DNA from: Octopus vulgaris
Taxonomy: Eukaryota
Assembly: GCA_951406725.2 (NCBI GenBank)
Contig: OX597842.1
Span: 29,946,001 to 30,010,000 of the forward strand
Direction: 5' to 3'
Length of the DNA stretch: 64,000 bases
Shown here: positions 1 to 14,890 of the stretch, piece after piece
How the letters are laid out: each line of letters starts with the position of its first letter
Numbering within the stretch: position 1 is the first letter of the stretch
The notes under the pieces: model-generated
What the model was told of the DNA's origin: nothing
What the model saw: only the letters and a program-made list of their open reading frames with translations
The model's database searches: none
Program-made: the position numbers and the translations under genes

Positions 1-216
1 AAAGACAGACGAAATACCTAAGCATTTCGCCCAACACGATAACTTTGCTAGCTCGCCGTCTTAATAATAATAATAATTATAAAAATAATAATAATAATAA
101 TATTTTATAGGATTGAGGTAACTCCTCCAGAAGGTATACAGAAGCAAAAAAAAGAACACTGCCATTGTTATCAGGTGAATGATATTTCAGCATCTAGTGT
201 GCCTTCCACAGGTTCA

Positions 217-249
<33 letters not shown>

Positions 250-257
250 TATAAAAT

Positions 258-304
<47 letters not shown>

Positions 305-305
<1 letters not shown>

Positions 306-774
306 TGTTTTGTCTTGGTATAAAAGATGGGCTACAGCAAATATTCTGCTCAATACCACAGATTTGCTTGTCAGTTGTTTGACCTTAAACCCTTAGTGGC
401 TGACGATAGGTGCATCTGTGATCACGAGCAGAAGTAGTGGGGGAGCATCATAGCCATGTGTTGAGAGGGATTCTTTGGGGGTTTGTATAATTCACCTCTG
501 GAAGCATGGGTGTTTCATTCAACACCCTTAAACAATCCTTTTCCAGGGACCTTTTGAGTGGGATGGGTTACTCGACCAGAAGAAAATTCAAACTGGGCCC
601 CACCTGCAAGGTCATGCTCTGTTTATCTTGATATGGGAACACCCTGTCATGCACATATGGTTGTGATGCATGTGCCTGGTGTACCCTTATCAGACGGGTA
701 GTCATGATGGGTATACTGGGCTTCGTATATTTTACCCCAGTGTCACTTTGATGGCATGCACTGCTCTCTCACTC

Positions 775-823
<49 letters not shown>

Positions 824-1379
824 GCCCTGATGCAGTACCAGGCAGTGGCTCTCATGGCTTCTGATCTTAACTGATTGGAAGTGTTATCATGTACATTGTT
901 TTGTCTTGGTATAAAAGATGGGTTTTACAGCAAATATTCTGCTCAATAACACAGATTTGCTTGTCAGTTGTTTGACCGTAAACAGTTGACCATGTCCCTT
1001 AGTGGCTGACGATAGGTGCATCTCTGACCACAAGCAGAAGTATTTAGGGAGCATCATAGCAGTGTGTTGAGAGAAATACTTTGGGGTTTGAATAATTCAC
1101 CTTTGGAAACATGGGTGTTTCGTTCAACGTCCTTAAACAGCCCTTATTCAGGGACCTTTTGAGTGGGATGGGATACTCGACCAGAAGAAAATTCAAACTG
1201 GGCCCCACCTGCAAGTTCACGTGCTGTTTATCTTGATATGAGATCACCCTGTCACGCACATATGGTTGTGATGCATGTGCCTGGTGTACCTTTATCAGAC
1301 AGGTAGTCACGATGGGTATACTGGGCTTCGTATATTTTACCCCAGTGTCACTTTGATGGCATGCACTGCTCTCTCACTC

Positions 1380-1431
<52 letters not shown>

Positions 1432-1584
1432 GCCCTGATGCAGTACCAGGCAGTGGCTCTCATGGCTTCTGATCTTAACTGATTGGAAGTGTTATCATGT
1501 ACACTGTTTTGTCTTGGTATAAAAGATGGGCTTCGTATATTTTACCCCAGTGTCACTTTGATGGCATGCACTGCTCACTCACTC

Positions 1585-1630
<46 letters not shown>
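305..1630 (+). mobile_element. Tandem 3' ends of a LINE-like element with (AAT)n tails (R4/Dong-like)
   Basis: Three near-identical units (about 305-775, 822-1379, and an internally deleted 1430-1585), each ending ctctctcactc(AAT)n and embedded in (TAA)n, the known target of Dong/R4. Clade call is inference. Confidence 0.6.
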
Positions 1631-1631
<1 letters not shown>

Positions 1632-2285
1632 GTTATTTAAAAAAAACACAAAACACAAGTTTAAATGAAAATAGAAACCTTTTTTATTTTTATTTTTTAC
1701 ACCTTGAGAAGGAATTTTTTTCTTATTTTCCATAGATTTTTTTAAAAATTACAATATTTCATATTCTTTTTTCATTTCCCTGAAAATTTTTTATCAATAC
1801 AAAAATTAAATATATTTCTGAAACAAGCAATAGCATGAAGAGAAAACATGTATAAATAAATAAATAACAACCCACAGGGATGAAATTCGAACCCGTGATA
1901 GAGTGAACAAAAATGCCTCAGTGTTTGGTTATAAAACCACTCACCCAAGGAAACAGAAATAATTAAGGATGAAAGACAAACCTGAAATTATAAAAAAAAA
2001 TTACTGCATAGTGTAAGAGAGACATTGAGAAATAAATATCTGTATGACTTTTTGGTAGAGGATGGCCAGGGTGGATTGGAGACAGGAGTGGAGTGGGGGG
2101 TGGAGTCGGGGTAGATATGTTTTAGTTCCTAGTCAGTCCTGATCCAGACAGACCTATGATCAGAGACGTTCCATCTGTGACCATCCCATCTTTTATTCTG
2201 GCATAGTGTATCTAGGACTACATTATCTAATGTATAGTATAGTAGTTAGTATTAGTGGCTATAGTTGTTGTGGTGTGTATGTATC

Positions 2286-2318
<33 letters not shown>

Positions 2319-2347
2319 GTATATATGTGTGTGTGTGTATGTGTATA

Positions 2348-2389
<42 letters not shown>

Positions 2390-2495
2390 TATATATATAT
2401 GTGTATATATATATATATATGTATGTATATATATATATGTATGTATATATATATATGTATATATATGTATATATATATATGAATATATATGCATA

Positions 2496-2537
<42 letters not shown>

Positions 2538-2553
2538 TATATATGCATATATA

Positions 2554-2595
<42 letters not shown>

Positions 2596-2617
2596 TATAT
2601 ATGCATATATATGTGTC

Positions 2618-2649
<32 letters not shown>

Positions 2650-2912
2650 GTATATATATATATGTATATATATATATGTATATATATGTATATATATATA
2701 TGAATATATATACATATATATGTGTATATATATATATATATGCATATATATATATGTTATATATATATATATATATTCATTGTGTATGTAAAAACTAACC
2801 TCACTATATGTCAGGAATATGTACATATTTATCTCCCCTTGTCAGAAGCTAAAGTGAAATATAAAATAACTCCATGGCCCCACCCTCAATTATTTTCACA
2901 AGGTTTTGGGAA

Positions 2913-2943
<31 letters not shown>

Positions 2944-3418
2944 CCTTTCACTCTTTCTTGAGCTCCTCCACCATCCTCACTTCAATCTTCTGACCATCCC
3001 GCCAGCATCATTTCATTTTGTTTGACGCACCGAAGAATCACCCACAATTGGAAGACTAGTTGTTCAATACCGGAAAAAAGAAAAAAACCAAACAACTAAC
3101 GATCCAGGTAAAAAATTATAATTTAAAAAACAAAATTTGAAAAAAAAAAATAACAAAAACAAAACAAAACAAAGAGGTTATAAATAATAATAATAGTTTC
3201 AAATTTTTGCCACCAGGGCTGCAGTTTTGGAGGAGGGGAGGGGGGCTAGTCAATTTTACATCGACCCCAGTGTGTCACTGGTACTTAATTTATCGACCTC
3301 CCGAAAGGATGTAAAAGCAAAGTCACCCTGGACGGAATTTGAACTCAGAATGTAGCGACAGACGAAATACCGCTAAGCATTTCGCCCGGCGTGCTAATGA
3401 CTCTGCCAGCTTGCCACC

Positions 3419-3473
<55 letters not shown>

Positions 3474-3475
3474 GG

Positions 3476-3524
<49 letters not shown>

Positions 3525-3665
3525 TGGTTTCAAATTTTTCCACAAGGGCAATTATTTTGGGGGAGGGGGATGAATCAATTACATCGACCCCAGTGTGTCA
3601 CTGGTACTTAATTTATGGTGGCCCGGTGTTATAGTTTTGATCAGGGCATTTCTGGCTCTGTATGG

Positions 3666-4055
3666 CTAGCAGTATCGCCCGGCGTTGCTCGGGTTTGTTT
3701 CGACCCTTTAGAATTGGAATTTTTGAAAAGTATAAATTTTGCATTATGTAGCTTGTTATTCTCTTTAAGTGAACATTTTTCTGGTTGAAATACACTGAAA
3801 AATGGCGACACAGCAGTCAAAAGGTCGTAAAAAATAGGGATTTTCATAGAAAAAAAGCACCTTTTAGATGTAAATAATTTTTGGTGTTAACATGGTCCGA
3901 TTTGAATTTTTTCTTCTATGGAAGGAAGAGCAAGCCTTCTTCTATCATACTCTCAATATTGGTCAACCTGCACCGCAGGGTCTCGGAGGAGATAGTGTTA
4001 GTTGAAGGCTACCAAACCTGCCACACACAGACAGCTTCAGCTTTATATATATAGA
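3666..4055 (-). mobile_element. Non-autonomous Helitron (same 3' end, different body)
   Basis: The plus strand begins CTAGCAGTATCGCCCGGCGTTGCTCGGG and ends TATATATAGA. Confidence 0.8.
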
Positions 4056-4164
4056 TTTATTTTTGGATTTCAATAAATTTGAATATTGCAATGCCTTCTA
4101 ATGCAGGTGAGAAAAAGCCGACAGTGATCTGACGTTATAGTTTTGAAATATAGTTTATATCAGT

Positions 4165-4685
4165 GTAGGCGTAGCTCTGTGGGGAGAAGCTTGCTTCCCA
4201 ACCACATGGTTCCGGGTTCATTCCCACTGCGTGGCACATTGGGCAAATGTCTTCTACTATAGCCTCGGGCTGACCAAAGCCTTGTGAGTGGATTTGGTAG
4301 ACGGAAACTGAAAGAAGCCTGTCGTATGTATATATATAAGTGCAGGAGTGGCTGTGTGGTAAGTAGCTTGCTTACCAGCCACATGGTTCCGGGTTCAGTC
4401 CCACTGTGTGGCACCTTGGGCAAGTGTCTTCTACTATAGCCTCAGGCCGACCAGAGGCTTGTGAGTGGATTTGGTGGACGGAAACTGAAAGAAGCCCATT
4501 GTATATATATATGTATATAGGTGCAGGAGTGGCTGTGTGGTAAGTAGCTTGCTTACCAACCACATGGTTCCGAGTTCAGTCCCACTGCGTGGAACTTTGG
4601 GCAAGTGTCTTCTACTATAGCCTCGGGCTGACCAAAGCCTTGTGAGTGGACGGAAACTGAAAGAAGCACATCGTGTATAAATATA

Positions 4686-4743
<58 letters not shown>

Positions 4744-4844
4744 CGTTTGTGTGTGCGTGTGTGTGTGTGTATGCGTGCACATGTTTGTGACCCACTACTG
4801 ATTGCCAACCGGTGTTTGTGTGTTTACGTCCCTGTAACTTAGGG
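4165..4844 (+). mobile_element. Three tandem copies of the major tRNA-derived SINE (family A)
   Basis: Head GGCGCAGGAGTGGCTGTGTGGTAAG (A box)..GGTTCAGTCCC (B box); the last copy is interrupted by the assembly gap. Confidence 0.9.
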
Positions 4845-4944
4845 NNNNNNNNNNNNNNNNNNNNNNNNNNNNNNNNNNNNNNNNNNNNNNNNNNNNNNNN
4901 NNNNNNNNNNNNNNNNNNNNNNNNNNNNNNNNNNNNNNNNNNNN
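4845..4944. other. Assembly gap (100 N)
   Basis: Run of exactly 100 N; true size unknown. Confidence 1.
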
Positions 4945-5094
4945 AAGAGAGAGGGGAGAGGGGAGAGAGAGAGGGGTGAGAGAGCGAGAAAGAGAGAGGA
5001 GGAGGAAAACAGGGTGGGTGAGAGGGAGAACGAGGCAACGAGGAAGTGAAAAGAAAGGAAAAGAAAGAGAAAAAGAAAGTGAGATAGAAACAAT

Positions 5095-5140
<46 letters not shown>

Positions 5141-5522
5141 CACGGCACGAGAAGCAAAAAGCAGACGACACAAAAACCGCAGACGATACCACACACACAC
5201 GCACGCACACATACACATACACACGCACACATACACACATACAGTGGCACGCTTATATACATACACAAATATGTAGATACGTATATATGTGTTTATCTGT
5301 TTATGTGTGTGTGCGTTTACGTGTACGTGTGTGTGTGTGTGTGTGTGTGTGGGAGGAGGAGTATGAGAGTTTTCTGTTGCCCCCCTCGCACTCTCTCTTA
5401 TTCACCTCTCACTTTTATCTGTGCGTTCCCTTGCTCCTCCCACACATGCCTCTCTTAATCCCACTACCCCTCCTCCTCTCTCCTTTTATCTTTCCTCCCT
5501 CTTCCTCACCATCTCTCTCTCT

Positions 5523-5557
<35 letters not shown>

Positions 5558-5593
5558 GCTATGTATGTGTGTATGTTCAGAGAAAGTGTGTGC

Positions 5594-5639
<46 letters not shown>

Positions 5640-5950
5640 GAGAGAGAGAGTGAGAGAGAGGAAGGGGGTGAGAGAGACAGAAGGAAAGCGCTATAGGGAG
5701 TCAAAAATAGAAAGAGTGAGAAAGAGTGAGAAAGAGAAGAGAGAGAGCAAGCCACGCTTATATTTATATACATAGAGAGAGAGGGAGAGAATGAAAGAGA
5801 GTGGGGAGAGAGAAGGGGAGAGGGAGTGAATGAGAGAGGACGAAAGCGAAAGTGAGGGAGAGAAAAAGGCAGAGGGAGAGAGAGAGAGAGAATTGCATAC
5901 GTACACACACACACACACACACACGCACACATACACATATACATGTATAT

Positions 5951-6113
5951 AGGCGCAGGAGTGGCTGTGTGGTAAGTAGCCTGCTAACTAACCACATGGT
6001 TCCGGGTTCAGTCCCACTGCGTGGCACCTTGGGCAAGTGTCTTCTACTATAGCCTCGGGCCGACCAAAGCCTTGTGAGTGGATTTGGTAGACGGAAACTG
6101 AAAGAAGCCTGTC

Positions 6114-6149
<36 letters not shown>

Positions 6150-6332
6150 GCGTGTATATGTTTGTGTGTCTGTGTTTGTCTCCCTAGCATTGCTTGACAA
6201 CCGATGCTGGTGTGTTTACGTCCCCGTCACTTAGCGGTTCGGCAAAAAGAGACTGATAGAATAAGTACTAAAAGGCGGTGCTCCAGCATGGCCGCAGTCA
6301 AATGACTGAAACAAGTAAAAGAGTAAAAGAGT
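5951..6332 (+). mobile_element. SINE family A, near full length
   Basis: tRNA head, internal (TA/TG)n, 3' module ending GACTGAAACAAGTAAAAGAGTAAAAGAG. Confidence 0.9.
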
Positions 6333-6429
6333 ATATATATATATATATATATACTTGTGCGTGAGAGCGTGTGTACGTGAGTGTGTGTGTGTGCGTGTGC
6401 CTGTGTGTATGTGGCAGGGAGACACACAT

Positions 6430-6430
6430 A

Positions 6431-6473
<43 letters not shown>

Positions 6474-6960
6474 GAAGAAAAAAGGAAAGAAATAAGGAAA
6501 AAGTAAGAAAGAAGGAAAAAAGTAAGAAAGAAGGAAAAAAGTAAGAAAGAAAGAAAGAAAGAAGGAAAAAGTAAGAAAGAAAGAAAGAAAGAAGGAAAAA
6601 GTAAGAAAGGAAGAAGGAAGGAAAGAAGGAAAGAAAGAAGGAAAAAGTAAGAAAGAAAGAAAGAAAAAGAAAGAAAGAAAAAAGGAAAGAAATAAGGAAA
6701 AAGTAAGAAAGAAAGGAAAAAGAAAGTAAGAAAGAAAGAAAAGAAAGAAAGAAAGAAAGAAGGAAAAAGTAAGAAAGAAAGAAAGAAAAAGAAAGAAATA
6801 AAAAGAAATAAGGAAAAAGTAAGAAAGTAAGAAAGAAAGAAAGAAAGAAAAAGAAAGACAGGAAGGAAAAAGAAGGAAAGGAAAAAGAAAGAAAGAAAGA
6901 AAAAGAAATAAAGAAAGGAAAAAGAAAGAAAGAAAAAGAAAGAAAGAGAAAGAGAGAGAC
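6430..6960. repeat. (GAAA)n-rich purine tract
   Basis: GAAA repeats with recurring ggaaaaagtaagaaa sub-units. Confidence 0.95.
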
Positions 6961-7542
6961 AGAGAAAATCGAACACACACACACACATACACACAGAACC
7001 AAACACACATACACAGACAAATATACACAGACAAATATACACACTGATACAATTACACCCTCACACCCCCTCACACACACACACAGAACCAAACACACAC
7101 ACACACACACACACATACACACAGACAAATATACACACTGATACAATTACACCCTCACACCCCCTCACACACACATACACAGACACACCCTCACATCCTC
7201 ACACCTATCCACACACACATATCCACACTTGTAACACACCTTAGACCATCGACTTTCTCCCAAGTCCACTTCAGATCGCAGTATCATTGTGATGGTGTGT
7301 GGATGTGTCTACACAGGCCAGCTGGACTTTGCGGCGATTTGTTTTACTATTATATACCACAACGTTGAACACCTTGGATTAAAACACATATATATATTAC
7401 AGGTATGTATGTATACATACATTTATTTTTATATAGGTGTGGGGTTTGTGTGTATATGTTTGTGTGTGGTTGGAATTTTTTCTATTTGTCTGTGTGTAGG
7501 TGAATTTTTGTTTATAAATGTATGTATGCAGGTATGTATGTA

Positions 7543-8148
<606 letters not shown>

Positions 8149-8154
8149 ATATAT

Positions 8155-8195
<41 letters not shown>

Positions 8196-8455
8196 TTAGA
8201 TATGTTTCGACTATATATATATATATGAATGTATGTATATCATTTAATGTTATGTGTATATATAAACAAAATTATACGTATTTTACGTATTTATGAAATA
8301 TACTTGTGTGTGTATATATATATATGTATGTATATATATATATGCATACAAACATACGCACACATACACGCACACACACACACACTCTTATATATATGCT
8401 TACACACACACATATATATATATATATATATCACATTTATATATATGTGAACATA

Positions 8456-8499
<44 letters not shown>

Positions 8500-8503
8500 G
8501 AGT

Positions 8504-8565
<62 letters not shown>

Positions 8566-8566
<1 letters not shown>

Positions 8567-8940
8567 CGCTTTGCAAGATTCTTGATTTGAAATCGTGTGT
8601 TGAACCAAATATTGTTATATTTTGGAATGGTCATTTTGCCAGTTTAGCCAATAAAAACACTCGCACTATATATTTGGTGTTTCGTTTGCATATGTTATAT
8701 TTTATTTTTTTACTTTAACGGCTGATCGTTAGTGAGGAAAGACACACAAATAAGAAAGAAGAAAGCAAAGGGACCCCTGATGAGGTCACAGGAGTGTGAC
8801 GAAAGGACTCTGGCCGAAATAAGTTTAAGATTAATGTAAAAAATAAAATGAAGCTGAGGCAAATTAACACCAAATATATAGTGCGTGTGCTTTTATTGGC
8901 TAAACTGGCAACATGACCAACCCCAAATACAACAATATAT
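8566..8940. mobile_element. Fold-back Penelope-like element with internal CTGATGA..GAAA motif
   Basis: Inverted arms about 8610-8690 and 8860-8940; CTGATGA-G-GTCACA-GGAG-TGTGAC-GAAA at 8777-8804. Second copy about 20365-20630. Confidence 0.55.
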
Positions 8941-9031
8941 ATACATACATATATATACATAGATATATATACATACATATATATATACAATATATATACA
9001 TACAATATATATACATACATATATATATATA

Positions 9032-9447
9032 GTGCAGGAGTGGCTGTGTGGTAAGTAGCTTGTTTACCAACCGCATGGTTCCGGGTTCAGTCCCACTGCG
9101 TGGCACCTTGGGCAAGTGTCTTCTACTATAGCCTCGGGCCGACCAAATCCTTGTGAGTGGATTTGGTAGACGGAAACTGAAAGAAGCCTGTCGTATATAT
9201 GTATATATATGTATATGTATGTGTGTGTTTGTGTGTCTGTGTTTGTCCCCCTAGCATTGCTTGACAACCGATGCTGGTGTGTTTACGTCCCCGTTACTTA
9301 GCGGTTCGGCAAAAGAGACCGATAGAATAAGTACTGGGCTTACAAAGAATAAGTCCCGGGGTGGATTTGCTCGACTAAAGGCGGTGCTCCAGCATGGCCG
9401 CAGTCAAATGACTGAAACAAGTAAAAGAGTAAAAGAGAGAAAAGAGT
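9032..9447 (+). mobile_element. SINE family A, full length
   Basis: Same structure as 5951-6332. Confidence 0.9.
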
Positions 9448-9473
9448 ATATATATACATATATACATATATAC

Positions 9474-9511
<38 letters not shown>

Positions 9512-9514
<3 letters not shown>

Positions 9515-9714
9515 TTGTTTAAAGCAGCAGAAAATTCAACAAAACCTGTTACTCTGAGTTTCACGTTGCTGTTCGTTGGACAGTTTTGCAACGTGAAACT
9601 CAGAGTAACAGGTTTTGTTGAATTTTCTGCTGCTTTAAATAAACCATATTACTCTACCACTGGTATTTGAGTACTCTTTTTTTCCACCTTGTTTCACATT
9701 TATGTGTTTACTCC

Positions 9715-9716
<2 letters not shown>
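9512..9716. mobile_element. Fold-back Penelope-like mini-element in (TA)n with hammerhead motif
   Basis: Inverted arms about 9514-9569 and 9588-9643. Minus strand 9546-9583 reads CTGT-CCAACGA-ACAGCAACGT-GAAA-C-TCAGA-GTA-ACAG. Same family at 53232-53466 and a remnant at 19020-19107. Confidence 0.65.
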
Positions 9717-9758
<42 letters not shown>

Positions 9759-10065
9759 TTTAAATAAATGATGAGGGTGATAAATTGAATATTAATTTAA
9801 TTAACATCATTTTAAAACCAGTGGCCTAGCATATAGAAAGATCTGAAAAATTCAGAAAAAAATTTTATGCGCATATATATATATATATATATGTATATAT
9901 ATGTATATATATATGTATATATATACATATATGTGTATATATATATATATGTATATATATGTATATATATATACATATATGTGTATATATATATATGTAT
10001 ATATATATATGTATATATATGTATATATATATATGTGTGTATATATATGTGTATATATGTATATA

Positions 10066-10143
<78 letters not shown>

Positions 10144-10493
10144 TACATATATATACACACACACACTCATGTATGTATATATATGTGTACGCATGCTTAA
10201 ATTCAGACCCGTCTCCAGACATTGGTATCTGGGGTTGCTTCAGAATTTTCTGGATGGGCACTAATTTGTACTTAGGGATGATTTTTGCCAACTGCATTTT
10301 CGAAATTTGAGGGGGCCCCATTGAATAGAGAGAGGGCAGGGCCGTACAGTGTACACCCTTAGCATTGGGCACGCGTATATTTAACTTCTCCTTTCATTCT
10401 TCTGGGCTCAGGAAGAATTTACGCGCTCAAATACTGGGGGCGTGGTTCTTACTTTCTCTTTCGGAAAGGGTTGCGTTGCACTGTGTAAAGCAC

Positions 10494-10544
<51 letters not shown>

Positions 10545-10668
10545 GGGAGGAGGGCGGGGTTCCCAGCACCTTTTCTCCAAAAACGGAACTAGCTGCAAAC
10601 TGTTTGTGGATACTGGAACTTCGAATGTACAGTCCGATTTATGTTATAACGCGAAACATAAAGACGGG

Positions 10669-10713
<45 letters not shown>

Positions 10714-10849
10714 GTCTATCTATCTGTCTGTCTGTCTCCTCCATATTCTTATTTACTATATATATGTATATATATATATATATAAATATATATATACATC
10801 TTCAATAGTTTTTGGACGCATACATACTTATATACATGGACACATACAT

Positions 10850-11275
10850 TTTACAAACATGTATGCATATATGCATGCATACACGCATACATACACATAT
10901 ATACCCTTACATACGTGTATACATACACGCATATATATATATATACATACATACATACATGCATACACATATACGTACACACATTGCATGCATTCATATG
11001 CTCATATATTCTTGAAGATATATGCATGCATACATACATACATACAGACACACATACATACATACATAAACACACACACATACATACATACATACATACA
11101 TACATACATACATACATACACACATACATACATACATACATACATACATACATACATACATACATACATACATACATACATACATACATACATACATACA
11201 TACATACATACATACATACATACATACATACAACATACACATACATACATACATACATATACATACATACATACA

Positions 11276-11309
<34 letters not shown>

Positions 11310-11463
11310 CATACATACATACATACATACATACATACATACATACATACATACATACATACATACATACATACATACATACATACATACATACATACAT
11401 ACATACATACATACATACATACATACATACATACATACATACATACATACATAAACACACACA

Positions 11464-11495
<32 letters not shown>

Positions 11496-11513
11496 CATAC
11501 ATACATACATACA

Positions 11514-11547
<34 letters not shown>

Positions 11548-11900
11548 CATACATATATACATACATACATACATACACACATACAAACATACATACATAC
11601 ATACATACATACACACATACAGACATATATACATATATACATACATACATACATACATACACACATACATACATACATACATACATACACACATACACAC
11701 ATACATACATACATACATACATACATACACACATACATACATACATATACACGTGCATATATGCATGCTTCGATATACAATTGCATACATACACACATAC
11801 ATACACACATGCACGTGTGCAAACGTACATGCATATATGCATACATCCATACATGAATGCATAGATACATATATATGCATGTATGTATCATATATCTATA
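10850..11900. repeat. (TACA)n microsatellite
   Basis: Similar tetranucleotide tracts at 17717-18650, 38690-39000, 39425-39675, 40690-41425 and 55575-55860. Confidence 0.97.
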
Positions 11901-12140
11901 TATATGTACGTTTGTAGGTGACCGTGTGTGTGTGTGTGCTTGCGTGTGTGTTTGTACGTGACAGTATATGTAATATATATACATACATGCATGCATAGAT
12001 ACATACATACACGCATACTCACGTGCATACATGCATGATTACATATACAAAAGCATACATACATATATATACATACATATATACATACATACATATATAT
12101 GCATCCATACACACATACGTACATACATACATGCTTACAT

Positions 12141-12719
12141 ATCATCATCATCATTGTTCGACCGTGGTCGAGACAATGGAATTTACCATGCTACGCCAGA
12201 CTTCACGGTCCATCATGGCATTACGGAGGTCCTGTTGCTGGATGCCTGTATCCCTGGAGATTACATCAGGGTAGGAGAGTGTGCGCCCTCTGGTACTGCG
12301 AGTAGATAGCTTCCAGAGGAGAAGAGTAGAAATTGCCTCGTTTTCAGCTCTACAACAATGTCCAGCAAACTGGACTCTCCTACCTTTCACAAGAGATGAC
12401 ACAGGTGGTAGTTTCCCATATATTTGCATTTTGGTTGGATGGCGCTTCCACGAGAGATTTTGAGCTCTCATAAGGAGGCGAGTGTAGGTTCCATCCAACC
12501 GCCTCTCAAGCTTCTTTGATAACGTCCAGGTTTCTGAGCCATAGAGTAGAATTGGTTCGACTGTGGCTTTGAAGATTTCAAATTTGAAGTCTCTACTTAG
12601 ATTTGATGACCAGATCTTATGCATGTCATTACAGGCTGACCAGGCCATACCCTTTCTAGTTAGAAAATCTTTTCCAGTTGATGAAGTTCCATCCAACCGC
12701 CTCTCAAGCTTCTTTGATA
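12141..12719 (-). mobile_element. RTE-type LINE 3' fragment
   Basis: ORF2 C-terminus ..EPILLYGSETWTLSKKLERRLDGTYTRLL..RRVQFAGHC..AMMDREVWRSMV.. followed by a (TGA)n tail; 5'-truncated. Confidence 0.9.
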
Positions 12720-13053
12720 TATATACATACATACACACACATACATACATACATACATACATACATACATACATACATACATACATACATACATACATAC
12801 ATGTATATGCATTCATACACTCATATGTGCATACATACATGCTTACATATACAAGCACATGCAAACATACATATATGTGTGCATACATACATACATTCAC
12901 CGTACAAGCAGAAGGTGATACATACATGCATATCTTGTAAGCCCTATATTACCTGGAATGCGACTAACAGTAGGGTCGCCTGAACTGGCTGTAACAGCAG
13001 AACCCACCAAGAACCGTGCGCCCTTGCTATTCCGGAATGGGTGATTCCTAACA

Positions 13054-13262
13054 TTGGGTTGTCCGGAAAGTTCATGCCGATTTTTTAAGGAAAGAAAAAG
13101 GTCAATAAATACTCTGCCATTACATTTTTAATCAACGAAGTATGAACCATTTTGTTGCACAATGCGTCTCCATCTTTCCTTTAACTTGAAAATACCCTCT
13201 TCCCAGAATTGAGGGGGGTTTCATGGCAAAGAATTCATCAAGGTGTCTTTTTACGTCATCCG
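13054..13262 (-). mobile_element. Mariner transposon 3' remnant
   Basis: Minus-strand translation (with one extra base) LDEFFAMKP/PQFWEEGIFKLKERWRRIVQQNGSYFVD*, followed by a TIR-like end (ttgggttgtccggaaagttc on the + strand). Confidence 0.85.
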
Positions 13263-13280
13263 AATGTATGTTTTATCACA

Positions 13281-13314
<34 letters not shown>

Positions 13315-14890
13315 TCACCGACCTTAATCTTAACCATCGTCATCATCATCATCATCATCATCATCGCCATCATCATCATTCTCATCATCATCATCATCAC
13401 CATCGTCATCATCATCATCATCATCATCATCGCCATCATCATCATTCTCATCATCATCATCATCATTGTCATCATTCTCATCATCATCATCATCATCATC
13501 ATCATTATTATCATCATTATTATTATCCTCCTCCTCCTCCTCCTCCTCCTCATCATCATCATCATCATCATCATCTTCATAACCATCATAACCACCACCA
13601 TCATCATCATCATCATCATTCTCATCATCATCATCATCATCATCATTATTATCATCATCATCACCACCATCATCATCATCATCACCACCACCATCCTAAT
13701 CGTCAATAACAACAGCAAGTGACGCCCGACCAACCCCGTTCACCCCTATTTCTTTTTTACATCCGATCAACCACCCTCACAATAACCCACCTACCCGTAT
13801 TTCTGTATCAACTAGCCTGGGCCCTATTCCCCGCTAACCCCTTCCCGACGCCCAATTCACTCCCGTTCACGAAAATAAATTGCGGCGACTCCACCACCAC
13901 CACCACCACCACCACCACCACCACCACCACCACCAACACCAACAACATCAATAACAACAACAACAACAACAAACATTACTTTCAACACTTTCAATAGCTT
14001 TCACTACGACTCTATTCGCCATCAATCACTACCACCACAACCACCACAAACACCACAACCACAACAAACACCACCACTACAACCACCACCACTACAACCA
14101 TCACAAACATCGCCGCCAACACCACCATCACAACCTCAACCACCACTTTCACCACCGTTACAACCATCACCCGCCACCAACACCACCACCACCACCACCA
14201 CCACCGCCGCCGCCGTCACCACCACCGCCGCCGCCGTCACCACCACCGCCACCATCACTACATCAACAGTAGTAGCAGCAGAAGCAGCATCAGCACCACC
14301 ACCACCACCACTTCCACATCCACCACCATTACAACCACCGCCCACTCCACATTCACCGTCGCCGCAGCCACCACCACTAGCACCGCCGCCACAACCACTA
14401 CCGCCACAACCACCACCGCCACCACCACCACCATCACTACATCACCAGCAGCAGCATCGCCACCGCCGCCACCACTACCACCACCGCCACCACTACCACC
14501 ACCACCGCCACCACAACCACCACCGCCACCACCATCACCATCACCACATCACCAATAACAGCACCACCACTACCACAACCACTTCCACCACCATGACAAC
14601 CAGCATCACCCTCCACCTTCACCGTCGACACCACCACCACCACCACCACCACCACCACTACCACCACCCTACCTACCTGGTACAGGTGAACTGCTATTTG
14701 TTTTCCTCTCCCACGCTTTTTAGCTCAATATAAATAACTTCCTTTCCTCCCCCCCCCCTCTCTCTCCCGCAACTTCCGTCCTCAACATCTCAAACTGCCA
14801 CATCCATCCATCACCACTTTCTCTTCCCGCCAGCGAGGCGATGAGGGCTGCGCTCAGACATTTTGACCTGCTAGAAACAGTAGCTTGATC

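Noticed and set aside
4160-4808. Recurrent short ORFs such as [25 protein letters not shown] and [21 protein letters not shown]
   Set aside because: Antisense translations of the tRNA-derived SINE, repeated at every copy.
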